This document shows, one piece after another, positions 16,389-25,013 of a stretch of 30,959 nucleotides of DNA. Positions within the stretch are counted from its first letter, which is position 1, and the number at the start of each line of letters is the position of its first letter. Source of the DNA: Candidatus Krumholzibacteriota bacterium (lineage in GTDB: Bacteria; Krumholzibacteriota; Krumholzibacteriia; LZORAL124-64-63); assembly GCA_039714075.1 (NCBI GenBank), contig JBDLKA010000035.1, positions 1 through 30,959 of the forward strand. The letters are read 5' to 3'. A program made the translations under genes and the position numbers. The notes beneath the pieces are model-generated. The model did no database searches and had not been told where the DNA came from. It saw only the letters and a list, made by a program, of their open reading frames with translations.

Positions 16389-18443
16389 CTAGTCGGACGC
16401 GGCGCTGCGGGCTCCCTTGTAAAGGTAGAAGCACACACCGCAGAAGAGCACCAGCGCCAGCAGGGCCGACAGGGAATTCTCCTCGACCCAGTCGTGCATG
16501 TTCAGCGCGTGGACCACCGACCAGCCCTCGGCGTTGATCACGGTGCCGTCATGCAGGGTGCGCGTCCAGTCGTCGCTGACGAGCATCTTGCCGAAAAACA
16601 GCACCAGGGCCGCCACGACCCCCATGATGGCGCCGCCGGCCACGAAACCGGAAGCCATCAGGGTTCCCTTTTCCTTGCGCTTGCGCTGCACGTCGTCGCT
16701 GCCGCCCTTGGCCACGAAATACGACACGATGCCGCCGGCCAGGATGGGCGTGTTCAGATGCAGGGGCAGGTACATGCCCAGAGCGAAAGCCAGGGGCGGG
16801 ACACCGACCCATTCCAGCACCAGGGCCATGAAACATCCGCCCAGATACAACAGCCAGGGCGCCGGCGAACCGGTCATCAGCGGCTCGATCACCGCGGCCA
16901 TGGCGCTGGCCTGGGGCGCTTCCAACGGGTTGGGTTTGGTCGCCGTGGCTTCGCCGAAGCCGTAGGTGTCGTTCAACAGCATGATCACGCCCGCGACCGC
17001 GGCCGCGGAAAACAGGGTGCCCAGGAACTTCCACTGCTGCTGGACCCGGGGCGTCGTGCCCAGCCAGTAGCCGATCTTCAGATCGCTGATGAACCCCCCG
17101 CTCATGGAAAGCGCGGTGCAGACCACGCCGCCGATCAACAATGCGGCCACGATGCCGCCGTTATCCTTCAAGCCCACCCAGTTGAGGATCACCGAGCTGA
17201 TGATCAGGGTCATCAGCGTCATGCCCGAAACCGGGTTGGTGCCGACGATGGCGATGGCCCGCGCGGCCACCGTGGTGAACAGGAACGCGATCACCGTGAC
17301 GATCAGCAGCCCCGCGACGGCCCAGGCCAGCTTGTGCGTGACGCCGAACCAGAAGAACACGAAGACCAGGGCCAACGCCAGGACCGTCAGCGCGGAGATC
17401 CACTTCATGGGGATGTCCTTCTGCGTCCTCTCGACCGGTCCTGTTTCCGTTTTCTGACCGCCACCCATCTCGTTGGCCGCCAGCTTGAAGGCGCCCCAGA
17501 TGATGCTGCGCGACTTGAAGACCCCGATCATGCCGGCCATGGCGATGGCGCCGATGCCCACGGGCCGGACGTAGTTGAAGAAGAGGTCGCCCGGGACCAT
17601 CGCCTGCAGTTCGGCGATCTGGAATTCATTGCCGAAGAACCCGACCATCGGCACCAGAACCCACCAGGCCAGGAACGAGCCCGAGGCGATGATCAGGGCG
17701 TAGCGCAATCCGACGATGTAACCGAGGCCGATCACCGCGGCGTCCGTCAGCAGACGGAATTCCAGGCGCGGCCCGGCGGCCATACGTTCACCCCAGGCAA
17801 AGACCCGGGTGGTGAACAGTTCGCGCCAGAACCCGAAGGAACCGGACAGGAAGTTGTAGACACCGCCCAGGGCCGCGGCCTTGAGCAGGGTCGAAGCGGC
17901 GCCGCCGCCCTTTTCCCCGGCCATCAGCACCTCGGTCGAGGCGGTGGCTTCAGGAAAAGGAAACTCGCCGTGCATGTCCTTGACGAAATACCGGCGGAAG
18001 GGAATCAGGAACAGGATACCCAGCAGACCGCCCAGCAACGAAGCCATGAAGATGCGGAAAAATCCCGCCTGATCCTCCAGCCCCAGGATGTACAGCCCCG
18101 GAACGGTAAAGATGGCGCCGGCGACAATGACTCCGGAAGCCGAACCGATCGACTGGATGATGACGTTTTCCTGCAGGGCATCCTTGCGTCCCAGAGCGCT
18201 GCTCAACCCCATGGCCAAAATGGTGATGGGGATGGCCGCTTCGAAGACCTGGCCGATCTTCAGCCCCAGATAGGCGCTGGCCCCGGTAAACAGAACGGCA
18301 TAAAAAAGGCCCCAGAACAGGGAATATCCGGTCAGTTCGGGGACTATTTTCTCGGCCGGGATAACCGGCACATAGGATTCACCCTCGTTCAACCGCCGAT
18401 ATGCATTATCGGGAAGGCTTTTGGGGTTTCCGCTGACTTCCAT
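16389..18443 (-). CDS. OPT family oligopeptide transporter
   Basis: AYLGLKIG, ENVIIQ, FPE.TA..EVL, NPVSGMT, DLK.GYWLG.TP, APQA..MA; many TM helices; GGAGG RBS before the ATG at 18443. Confidence 0.95.
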   Translation of the reverse strand: MEVSGNPKSLPDNAYRRLNEGESYVPVIPAEKIVPELTGYSLFWGLFYAVLFTGASAYLGLKIGQVFEAAIPITILAMGLSSALGRKDALQENVIIQSIGSASGVIVAGAIFTVPGLYILGLEDQAGFFRIFMASLLGGLLGILFLIPFRRYFVKDMHGEFPFPEATASTEVLMAGEKGGGAASTLLKAAALGGVYNFLSGSFGFWRELFTTRVFAWGERMAAGPRLEFRLLTDAAVIGLGYIVGLRYALIIASGSFLAWWVLVPMVGFFGNEFQIAELQAMVPGDLFFNYVRPVGIGAIAMAGMIGVFKSRSIIWGAFKLAANEMGGGQKTETGPVERTQKDIPMKWISALTVLALALVFVFFWFGVTHKLAWAVAGLLIVTVIAFLFTTVAARAIAIVGTNPVSGMTLMTLIISSVILNWVGLKDNGGIVAALLIGGVVCTALSMSGGFISDLKIGYWLGTTPRVQQQWKFLGTLFSAAAVAGVIMLLNDTYGFGEATATKPNPLEAPQASAMAAVIEPLMTGSPAPWLLYLGGCFMALVLEWVGVPPLAFALGMYLPLHLNTPILAGGIVSYFVAKGGSDDVQRKRKEKGTLMASGFVAGGAIMGVVAALVLFFGKMLVSDDWTRTLHDGTVINAEGWSVVHALNMHDWVEENSLSALLALVLFCGVCFYLYKGARSAASD

Positions 18444-18709
18444 GGGCACCTCCGGACAGGGGGGCAGATAGGGACGATCGTCCCGGGACCGCGGCCGGCC
18501 GCGCGGAAGGTCCAAAGGATGGTCCCATGCGGCCGACATCGCCGGTAAACCTAACATTCCCCTAACTTTCAGACAAGCAAAGTGTCAAGCCCATCCTTGC
18601 CTCGCCACGCCCTCAGGTCATATCTTTGACTTTCGCAATTCAACCCTTGGGAACCGGCCTGTCGGGCCAGGATCCCGCAGCGCCCTGTTTTTCCGCCGGA
18701 GGCCTTTCC

Positions 18710-19969
18710 ATGCTGGACAGAAAAGCCGATTCCACGTTTCCGACCCTGATCGATCGCTTCGTCACCTACGCCAAGATCCACACCACCAGCAGCGAGGAGT
18801 CGGACACCTACCCCTCCACCGAGCGGCAGTTCGACCTGGCCCGCCTGCTGGTGGACGAGTTGAAGGCCGTCGGCCTGGCCGACGCCTCGGTGGACGACAA
18901 CTGCTACGTGACGGCCAATCTCCCGGCCAGCGCCGGCTTCGAGAACGTGCCGGCGATCGCTTTTATTTCCCACATGGACACGTACCCCGAAGTGAGCGGC
19001 GAAAACGTGGTGCCCACCTTCCACGAAAACTACCAGGGCGGCGACATCGACCTGCCCAACGAAGGGCGCAAGATCCTGGCGGCCGAAAACCCGTATCTGG
19101 CCAAGTGCCTCGGCGAGACCATCATCACCGCCGACGGGACCACCCTGCTGGGTGCCGACGACAAGGCCGGCATCGCCGAGATCATGGAGGCGCTGACCCT
19201 TATCCACGAGAACCCCGAATGGAAACACGGCCCGGTGAAGATCGCCTTCACCCCCGACGAGGAAGTCGGCCAGGGCGTCAAGCATTTCGATGTCGAGGGC
19301 TTCGGCGCGACGGTGGCCTACACCATGGACGGCGGCCAGCGCGGCGAAGTGGAGAACGAGACCTTCTGCGCCGACAGCGCCATCGTGACCTTCGTCGGCC
19401 GCGACATCCATCCCGGCTACGCCAAGGACAAGATGGTTCCCTCGGTCAAGGTGGCCGGTGAATTCGTCGCCAGCCTGCCCCGGGAAGGCGCCCCCGAAAC
19501 CACCGAGGGTATGGAGGGCTACATCCATCCCATCAGCATCAAGGGCAACACCAGCGAGACCGAGGTCCACCTGCTGATCCGGGATTTCGCCCAGGAGGGC
19601 CTGCGCCCCAAGGCCGAGATGATCGACAAGTACGCCGCCGCGGCCTGCGAGAAGTGGCCCAATTCCAGCTACAAGATCGAGATCAAGGAATACTACCGGA
19701 ACATGAAGTACGATCTGGAGAAGGAACCCCGCGCCATGGCCTACGCCCTGGAAGCGGTCAAGCGGGCGGGCATGGAGCCCCTCCAGGGTTCGATCCGGGG
19801 CGGCACCGACGGATCCACCCTGTCGGCCAAGGGCCTGCCGACGCCGAACATCTTCACCGGTGAACAGGATTTCCACGGTTACGGCGAGTGGGTCTGTGTC
19901 AAGGACATGGTGCTTGCCACGGAAACTATTCTGAAAATTATCGAGGTCTGGACGGAGAAAGAGAGCTAG
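18710..19969 (+). CDS. pepT: Peptidase T (M20B tripeptide aminopeptidase)
   Basis: HMDT, TLLGADDKAG, FTPDEE.G, T.DG, HPGYAK, IRGGTDG, P.PN.F.G...H; GGAGG RBS before the ATG at 18710. Confidence 0.95.
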   Translation: MLDRKADSTFPTLIDRFVTYAKIHTTSSEESDTYPSTERQFDLARLLVDELKAVGLADASVDDNCYVTANLPASAGFENVPAIAFISHMDTYPEVSGENVVPTFHENYQGGDIDLPNEGRKILAAENPYLAKCLGETIITADGTTLLGADDKAGIAEIMEALTLIHENPEWKHGPVKIAFTPDEEVGQGVKHFDVEGFGATVAYTMDGGQRGEVENETFCADSAIVTFVGRDIHPGYAKDKMVPSVKVAGEFVASLPREGAPETTEGMEGYIHPISIKGNTSETEVHLLIRDFAQEGLRPKAEMIDKYAAAACEKWPNSSYKIEIKEYYRNMKYDLEKEPRAMAYALEAVKRAGMEPLQGSIRGGTDGSTLSAKGLPTPNIFTGEQDFHGYGEWVCVKDMVLATETILKIIEVWTEKES

Positions 19970-20120
19970 AGAGCCTTTACAGGCCATACGCACAGGGCCC
20001 GGAAATAATCCGCAGCGCCGAAGGCGTGAGGACATTTTCCGGGCCCTGTGCGTATGGCCTGTAAAGGCTTCCTGGCTCTCCTTCCCCGTTCACCCCGGAT
20101 TTCTCAGAATAATTTTCGTG
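19918..20120. repeat. Long palindromic element 2 (MITE/REPIN-like), overlapping the 3' end of pepT
   Basis: 19972-20005 is the exact reverse complement of 20036-20069 (34 bp). Degenerate pairing continues outward to 19918/20120. The loop contains CGCC-GAA-GGCG. Confidence 0.9.
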
Positions 20121-20122
20121 TC

Positions 20123-20161
20123 TTGCGGGTATGATCTCAAAGTGATATCATACTGACATCT
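20123..20161 (+). promoter_or_regulatory. sigma70 promoter overlapped by three phased TGATATCA-like boxes (probable Arc/RHH operator)
   Basis: TTGCGG-N17-TATCAT with extended TGn; TGATCTCA (20132), TGATATCA (20143) and TGACATCT (20154) at an 11-bp period. Confidence 0.65.
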
Positions 20162-20213
20162 CACCCCCATTCAAACCCATTGGGGGAAGATGTCGAACCC
20201 GAGGGAGGCTGCG

Positions 20214-21080
20214 ATGCACACCGAAAAAACTGCCAAGACCATGTCCGGCTGGGGAATGCTGTTCCTGAACCTGGCCCTGATTGCGGCAGGTATTTACCTG
20301 TTCATTTCCGGAATCGCGCACGAATCCGTGGTGACCCTGGTGACGGGCATCGCCCTGCTGCTTCTGGGAATCACCCTGCTGGCCGGTTTGTTCATCATCA
20401 ACCCCAACGAGGCGGCCGCGCTGCTGCTGTTCGGCGCCTACAAGGGCACCTCCCGCGAGAACGGCCTTCGCTTCGCCAACCCCTTCATGCGGAAGGACAA
20501 AATTTCCCTGAAGGCCCGGAATCTTAACGGCGAACGGCTGAAGGTGAACGACCTGACGGGCAACCCCATCGAAATCGCGGCCGTCGTGGTGTGGAAGGTC
20601 GTCAATACGGCCGAAGCCCTTTTCGACGTCGATGATTACGAGGGGTACGTGACCGTCCAGAGCGAATCGGCGGTGCGGCACCTGGCCAGCGCCTATCCCT
20701 ACGATGGAAAAGAAGAGGAGCTGACTCTCCGCGGAGCCACCGACGAGATCAACGAGCACCTCAAGAAGGAACTGCAGGAGCGCCTGGACAAGGCCGGCGT
20801 GCAGGTTCTCGAGGCCCGGTTGAGCCATCTGGCCTACGCCCCGGAGATCGCCCACGCCATGCTGCAGCGGCAGCAGGCCAGCGCCGTGGTTGCCGCGCGC
20901 ACCAAGATCGTCGAAGGCGCCGTCGGCATGGTCGAGATGGCCCTGCACGAACTGGGCGAGAAGGACCTGGCCGAATTCGACGAGGACAAGAAGGCCACCA
21001 TGATCAGCAACCTTCTGGTGGTGCTGTGCAGCGAGCACGCGGCCCAGCCGGTCGTGAACACCGGCACGATCTACCAATAG
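20214..21080 (+). CDS. SPFH/Band 7 domain membrane protein
   Basis: Two N-terminal TM helices, [44 protein letters not shown] before the ATG at 20214 (alternative start 20190). Confidence 0.92.
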   Translation: MHTEKTAKTMSGWGMLFLNLALIAAGIYLFISGIAHESVVTLVTGIALLLLGITLLAGLFIINPNEAAALLLFGAYKGTSRENGLRFANPFMRKDKISLKARNLNGERLKVNDLTGNPIEIAAVVVWKVVNTAEALFDVDDYEGYVTVQSESAVRHLASAYPYDGKEEELTLRGATDEINEHLKKELQERLDKAGVQVLEARLSHLAYAPEIAHAMLQRQQASAVVAARTKIVEGAVGMVEMALHELGEKDLAEFDEDKKATMISNLLVVLCSEHAAQPVVNTGTIYQ

Positions 21081-21087
21081 GAGCAAG

Positions 21088-21270
21088 ATGAGCGCCCGGA
21101 AGGCATTTCCACTCCGCATCAGTCCCGAGCTTTATCAGGAACTGCGGAAGTGGGCCGGGGATGAATTCCGCAGCGTCAACGGTCAGATCGAATTCCTGCT
21201 GCGCCGCGCGGTCAGCGAACGCAAGAAGAGCCGGGGTCCGGGCCCCGGCTCTGAATCGCCTGATGATTGA
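21088..21270 (+). CDS. Arc-family ribbon-helix-helix DNA-binding protein
   Basis: [38 protein letters not shown]; directly follows the SPFH gene. Confidence 0.88.
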   Translation: MSARKAFPLRISPELYQELRKWAGDEFRSVNGQIEFLLRRAVSERKKSRGPGPGSESPDD

Positions 21271-21276
21271 ACCTGC

Positions 21277-21900
21277 CTAGGGCTCCATTTCCTGGAAAAT
21301 CAATTCCACCGGATCGACATCGGCATCGAAAGTGCTGATGAGTTTTTCGCGATAGGGACCCAAAGCCGCTTCCAGGCCGTCGGCTGGATAATCGGTGTCG
21401 GCCAAGCCCGGCCGGTCAGGCTCCAGCCATGTCCGAAAGATCAGCCGGTAGATGTATTCGTATTCCAGCGGACCCATTTCATGGGCCAGCAGGGCCTGGT
21501 TGCGGGCGGTCCAGAACCCCGCATAGGTCGGCATCAAATCAGAGCCGGTGTTGAACAGTTTCAGCAGATCCCTCAGGCCTCCGTCGCGCTGCCGCTTTTG
21601 ATCCGCCGCGAATTGCGTGCTGGCGGTGGCCATGGTCCGGCGCCAGCCGGCCAAATCTTCCCGGACGGTAAGGAACACCTCTATCCGCTCCGCGGACGGA
21701 ATGCCTCCCGCCGGTGGCCGGAATCCCTCTTCACCTTCGGTGGCCTCGCGCAGGATTCTTTCGCTGTCCGCGACCTCCTTGTACTCCTTGTTGATCCGGC
21801 CCGCGTACCAGGTGGCCACCCCCATGAACGCCAAAACGGCAAGGATCGCCACACCGCTGCCGATCATCAGGCCCAGCTTCCATTTTCCGGATTTCGTCAT
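21277..21900 (-). CDS. Hypothetical protein with one N-terminal membrane anchor
   Basis: Basic N-terminus then a hydrophobic helix (LGLMIGSGVAILAVLAFMGVATW); GAGG upstream; fills the gap downstream of the sigma-54 activator gene. Confidence 0.65.
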   Translation of the reverse strand: MTKSGKWKLGLMIGSGVAILAVLAFMGVATWYAGRINKEYKEVADSERILREATEGEEGFRPPAGGIPSAERIEVFLTVREDLAGWRRTMATASTQFAADQKRQRDGGLRDLLKLFNTGSDLMPTYAGFWTARNQALLAHEMGPLEYEYIYRLIFRTWLEPDRPGLADTDYPADGLEAALGPYREKLISTFDADVDPVELIFQEMEP

Positions 21901-21914
21901 GATCGGGTACCTCG

Positions 21915-23303
21915 TCAGTCTTCGGGTTCGAGCCCGTATTCCTTGATCTTGCGCCACAGCGTGGTCCGGTCGATTCCCAGTCTTCGCGCCGCTTTGGATC
22001 GATTCCAGCCGGTGCCGCGCAAGGCATCCCGCAGCAGGTTCTTTTCCTGGTCGCTGTGCACCGGAACGTCGTTCAACCCTTGGGCGCGGCGGCTCCCGGA
22101 GCGGAAAAGTTCGGGTGGCAGATGGCTGCCGCCGATGATCTCCCCCCGGCTCAGGACCAGGGCGTGTTCGAGGGAATTCTCCAGCTCCCGCACGTTGCCC
22201 GGCCAGTGGTGGTTCATCAGCAGCCGCAGGGCCTCGCCGGACACCGCAGGCGGTCCGGGCTGCCCCTCACGCCGGGCGATCTTGGCCAGCAGATGGGTGA
22301 TCAGCAGGGGAATATCCTCCCGCCGGTCGCGCAGCGGGGGAATGGCCAGGGACACCACCTTGATGCGGTAGAAGAAATCCTCGCGCATCCGGCCGGTGGC
22401 CAGGAGGGTTTCCAGATCGCGGTTGGTCGCCGACACCACCCTGACGTCCACGGGGATGGGCCGGTTGTCCCCCACCCGTTCGATAACCCGTTCCTGGAGC
22501 ACGCGCAGCAGTTTGACCTGGATCACGGGGCTCACATCACCGATCTCGTCCAGGAAAATCGTGCCGCCGGCCGCCTCCTGGAAGCGACCCACGCGGTCAC
22601 CCACCGCACCGGTGTACGCCCCCTTGACGTGGCCGAAGAGCTCACTTTCCAAAAGGTTTTCCGACAGGGCCGAACAGTTGACCTGGACAAAGGGACCGTC
22701 GGCCCGGCTGCTGGCCTCGTGCACGGCGCGGGCCACCAGTTCCTTGCCCGTGCCGCTTTCTCCGGTGATCAAAACCGTCGCCTCGCTGCCGGCAACGCTG
22801 GAGACCAGGTCGAACAGTTCGCGCATCTTCGGATCCCGCCCCACCAGGTTGCCCAGGCGGTGGCGGGGGCTCATCTGCTGGCGCAGGGTGGTCACCTCGG
22901 TCACGTCCCCCAGAATCAGGGCGATGCCCAGGGAAACCCCCTGCTGGTCGAGCAGGGGAGAGGTTCGCAACAGGACGTGGCCGCGCCGGCCGTCGGCCAG
23001 TTGCACCGTGGTCTGGAAATCGATGATGGCCTCCCCCGAACGCAGGGTTTCCTGCAGGACATCCTCCGGGCAGGACTTGTTTCCGAACAGATCACAGACC
23101 AGGACCCCCGCCAACTCCCGCGCGCTACGGCCCAGGATTTCCTCCGCGGCAGGGTTCATGGTCAGGATGCGCAGGTCTGCATCCAGGGCGATGATCCCCT
23201 CCCGCAGCGACCTGATAATAGAAAGCAGGCTGGTGGGCTTGATCTGGGCCAGCAGGCTTTCAATGGATAGCAAGGCGCCCTTCTCCGGTTTTTTCGCGAC
23301 CAT
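21915..23303 (-). CDS. PAS-domain sigma-54-dependent transcriptional activator (bEBP, Fis-type HTH)
   Basis: PAS (EGIIALD...NPAAEEILG), Walker [57 protein letters not shown]. Confidence 0.95.
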   Translation of the reverse strand: MVAKKPEKGALLSIESLLAQIKPTSLLSIIRSLREGIIALDADLRILTMNPAAEEILGRSARELAGVLVCDLFGNKSCPEDVLQETLRSGEAIIDFQTTVQLADGRRGHVLLRTSPLLDQQGVSLGIALILGDVTEVTTLRQQMSPRHRLGNLVGRDPKMRELFDLVSSVAGSEATVLITGESGTGKELVARAVHEASSRADGPFVQVNCSALSENLLESELFGHVKGAYTGAVGDRVGRFQEAAGGTIFLDEIGDVSPVIQVKLLRVLQERVIERVGDNRPIPVDVRVVSATNRDLETLLATGRMREDFFYRIKVVSLAIPPLRDRREDIPLLITHLLAKIARREGQPGPPAVSGEALRLLMNHHWPGNVRELENSLEHALVLSRGEIIGGSHLPPELFRSGSRRAQGLNDVPVHSDQEKNLLRDALRGTGWNRSKAARRLGIDRTTLWRKIKEYGLEPED

Positions 23304-23325
23304 GGCCTCATTTCCCCGCTGAAGT

Positions 23326-23363
23326 GTTGAAAGCAACGATTATGTTGCAACATTTTAGTTGCA
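23326..23363. promoter_or_regulatory. Putative upstream activator sequences: overlapping GCAAC-N6-GTTGC palindromes
   Basis: GCAAC-gattat-GTTGC (23333-23348) and TGCAAC-atttta-GTTGCA (23346-23363), roughly 110-135 bp upstream of the -24 element. Confidence 0.6.
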
Positions 23364-23469
23364 AACCACACCGGGCGCAAGTGGAGTTGCGACCAGCCCA
23401 ACCGGAGCGAATAACTTAACTTGCTGAAAACCATGACCTTAATAAACTCCAAAGGGGGTTTCCTTTTAA

Positions 23470-23485
23470 TGGCACAGCTCCTGCG
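23470..23485 (+). promoter_or_regulatory. sigma-54 (-24/-12) promoter upstream of trxA
   Basis: TGGCACAGCTCCTGCG, with GG (23471-72) and GC (23483-84) at canonical spacing; divergent from a bEBP gene. Confidence 0.7.
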
Positions 23486-23558
23486 ATAGGGTTGTCCAAG
23501 CGAGAAGTGATTCAAGTTGGTGTTGCAGCCAACGGTTGTAATAACGGAGGAGAGTCCC

Positions 23559-23882
23559 ATGGCGAACGTGATGGAATTCAACGGCGATAATTTCGAGGCC
23601 GAGGTCGTAAACAGCGATGTCCCCGTTCTGGTGGATTTTTGGGCCCCCTGGTGCGGTCCCTGCAAGATGATCGGCCCCATCGTCGAGGAACTGGCCGGCG
23701 AGTTCGACGGCAAGGTGAAGATCGGTAAGGTCAACGTGGACAACAATCAGGACCTGGCCGCGAAATTCGGCATCCGCGGCATTCCCACGGTCATGCTCTT
23801 CAAGGGCGGCGAATCCATCAACAGTTTCGTCGGTCTGCGCCCCAAGGAAGATCTGGCCGCGGCCCTCAACGCCGCGTTGTAA
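23559..23882 (+). CDS. trxA: Thioredoxin
   Basis: VLVDFWAPWCGPCK, cis-Pro motif GIPT; GGAGGAG RBS before the ATG at 23559. Confidence 0.97.
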   Translation: MANVMEFNGDNFEAEVVNSDVPVLVDFWAPWCGPCKMIGPIVEELAGEFDGKVKIGKVNVDNNQDLAAKFGIRGIPTVMLFKGGESINSFVGLRPKEDLAAALNAAL

Positions 23883-23924
23883 CCAGCCCCGATCATCCCC
23901 TTGAGGGAGGTATCTCCCTCGCCC

Positions 23925-23965
23925 GGTCGTCGGCCCTCCCCCTGGGCCGGCGGCCATTTTTATTT
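23925..23965 (+). terminator. Intrinsic terminator after trxA
   Basis: 12-bp stem GGTCGTCGGCCC/GGGCCGGCGGCC (two G-U pairs) followed by ATTTTTATTT. Confidence 0.75.
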
Positions 23966-24085
23966 GCCCGCCGGAACCGGTTTGGGAAAAACTGATTGAA
24001 GACAGAGGCTAGCCCGGCCGATATCTTTATATGGGTCTGGCGAAAGCATTTTCCCGCATCCCCAACACCAGGAAACGGATCCACC

Positions 24086-24997
24086 ATGGCCGGAATCATG
24101 AATGGCATGAAAAACATCTTCCGCGGCAACGACCTCAAGAACAACGTGTTCTTCATCGTGTTCGACAGTTGCCGCTGGGATGCCTACCAGGCTGCCAAGA
24201 CCCCCAATCTGGACCGGATCGGCCAGGCCGAAAAGCGGTACAGCTACGCCAGCTGGACCAGCCCCAGCCACTACACCTTCCTGATGGGCATGGTGCCCCA
24301 CCAAAGCCCCAAGGGGGTGTTCGCGTCCAACGTCTACCGCGACGAGTTCTCCCTCTGGTCGGAGCGGCTAAACATCAAGGATGTGGAATTCGGGAAGTTC
24401 GTCCCCCAGCTTTCCCTGCCCCACTTCCTGAAAAACCAGGGTTATCGCACCGAGGGGATCGTCAGCCTGCCGGTGCTGAACCCCATGACCAGCATGTCGG
24501 CCCATTTCGACCGCTACGACCTGGCCCCCAGCCACAACGACCTGGGTACGATCCTGGACGGCGACGGGGACTTCAAGGGCATCGAGATTTCCCGGGAACA
24601 GCCGGGGTTCTTCTTCATCAACACCGGGGAAACCCATTACCCGTACCTGTTGCCCGGCGAGTCCGGCGAGGACCTGCCCCACATCAGCGGCGTGCACGGC
24701 GTCTTCAAGCACCTGGACGATTTCCTGAAAAATCCCTCGGAATTCCTCACGGGCCGCAAACAGGACGAATTTTTCACGCCCGAACAGTTCCGCGAATTCT
24801 ATGAAAAACAGATCGCCTGTGTCGAACACCTGGATGGGGTCGTGGGCAAGCTCATGGACCGCTGTCCGGAAAACACCCACTTCATGATCATGTCCGATCA
24901 CGGAGAGCTGTTCGGAGAGGACGGTTATTTCGGGCACGGACCCATCTTCCACGAAAAGGTTTTCGAGGTGTTCTACCTGGAGGGAAAGTTGCCCTGA
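24086..24997 (+). CDS. Sulfatase-like / alkaline phosphatase superfamily metalloenzyme (Thr-type, cytoplasmic)
   Basis: NVFFIVFDSCRWD, TPNLD, SWTSPSH, ETHYPY, SDHGE.FGE.G..GHG; no signal peptide. Start is uncertain among nearby ATGs. Confidence 0.8.
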   Translation: MAGIMNGMKNIFRGNDLKNNVFFIVFDSCRWDAYQAAKTPNLDRIGQAEKRYSYASWTSPSHYTFLMGMVPHQSPKGVFASNVYRDEFSLWSERLNIKDVEFGKFVPQLSLPHFLKNQGYRTEGIVSLPVLNPMTSMSAHFDRYDLAPSHNDLGTILDGDGDFKGIEISREQPGFFFINTGETHYPYLLPGESGEDLPHISGVHGVFKHLDDFLKNPSEFLTGRKQDEFFTPEQFREFYEKQIACVEHLDGVVGKLMDRCPENTHFMIMSDHGELFGEDGYFGHGPIFHEKVFEVFYLEGKLP

Positions 24998-25013
24998 CCA
25001 TGTGCGGGAAGAC

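Noticed and set aside
14790..18548. 1252-aa plus-strand ORF, the longest in the track
   Set aside because: It is antisense to three well-supported genes (Omp85-like, ychJ, OPT), has no domain signatures, and is explained by stop-codon scarcity in GC-rich DNA.
19972..20069. Simple rho-independent terminator or CRISPR repeat
   Set aside because: The stem is far longer than a terminator, has no U-tract, and is not repeated with spacers.
23405..23450. Possible IHF site between the UAS and the sigma-54 promoter
   Set aside because: AT-rich and well placed, but there is no convincing match to WATCAANNNNTTR, so it is not called.
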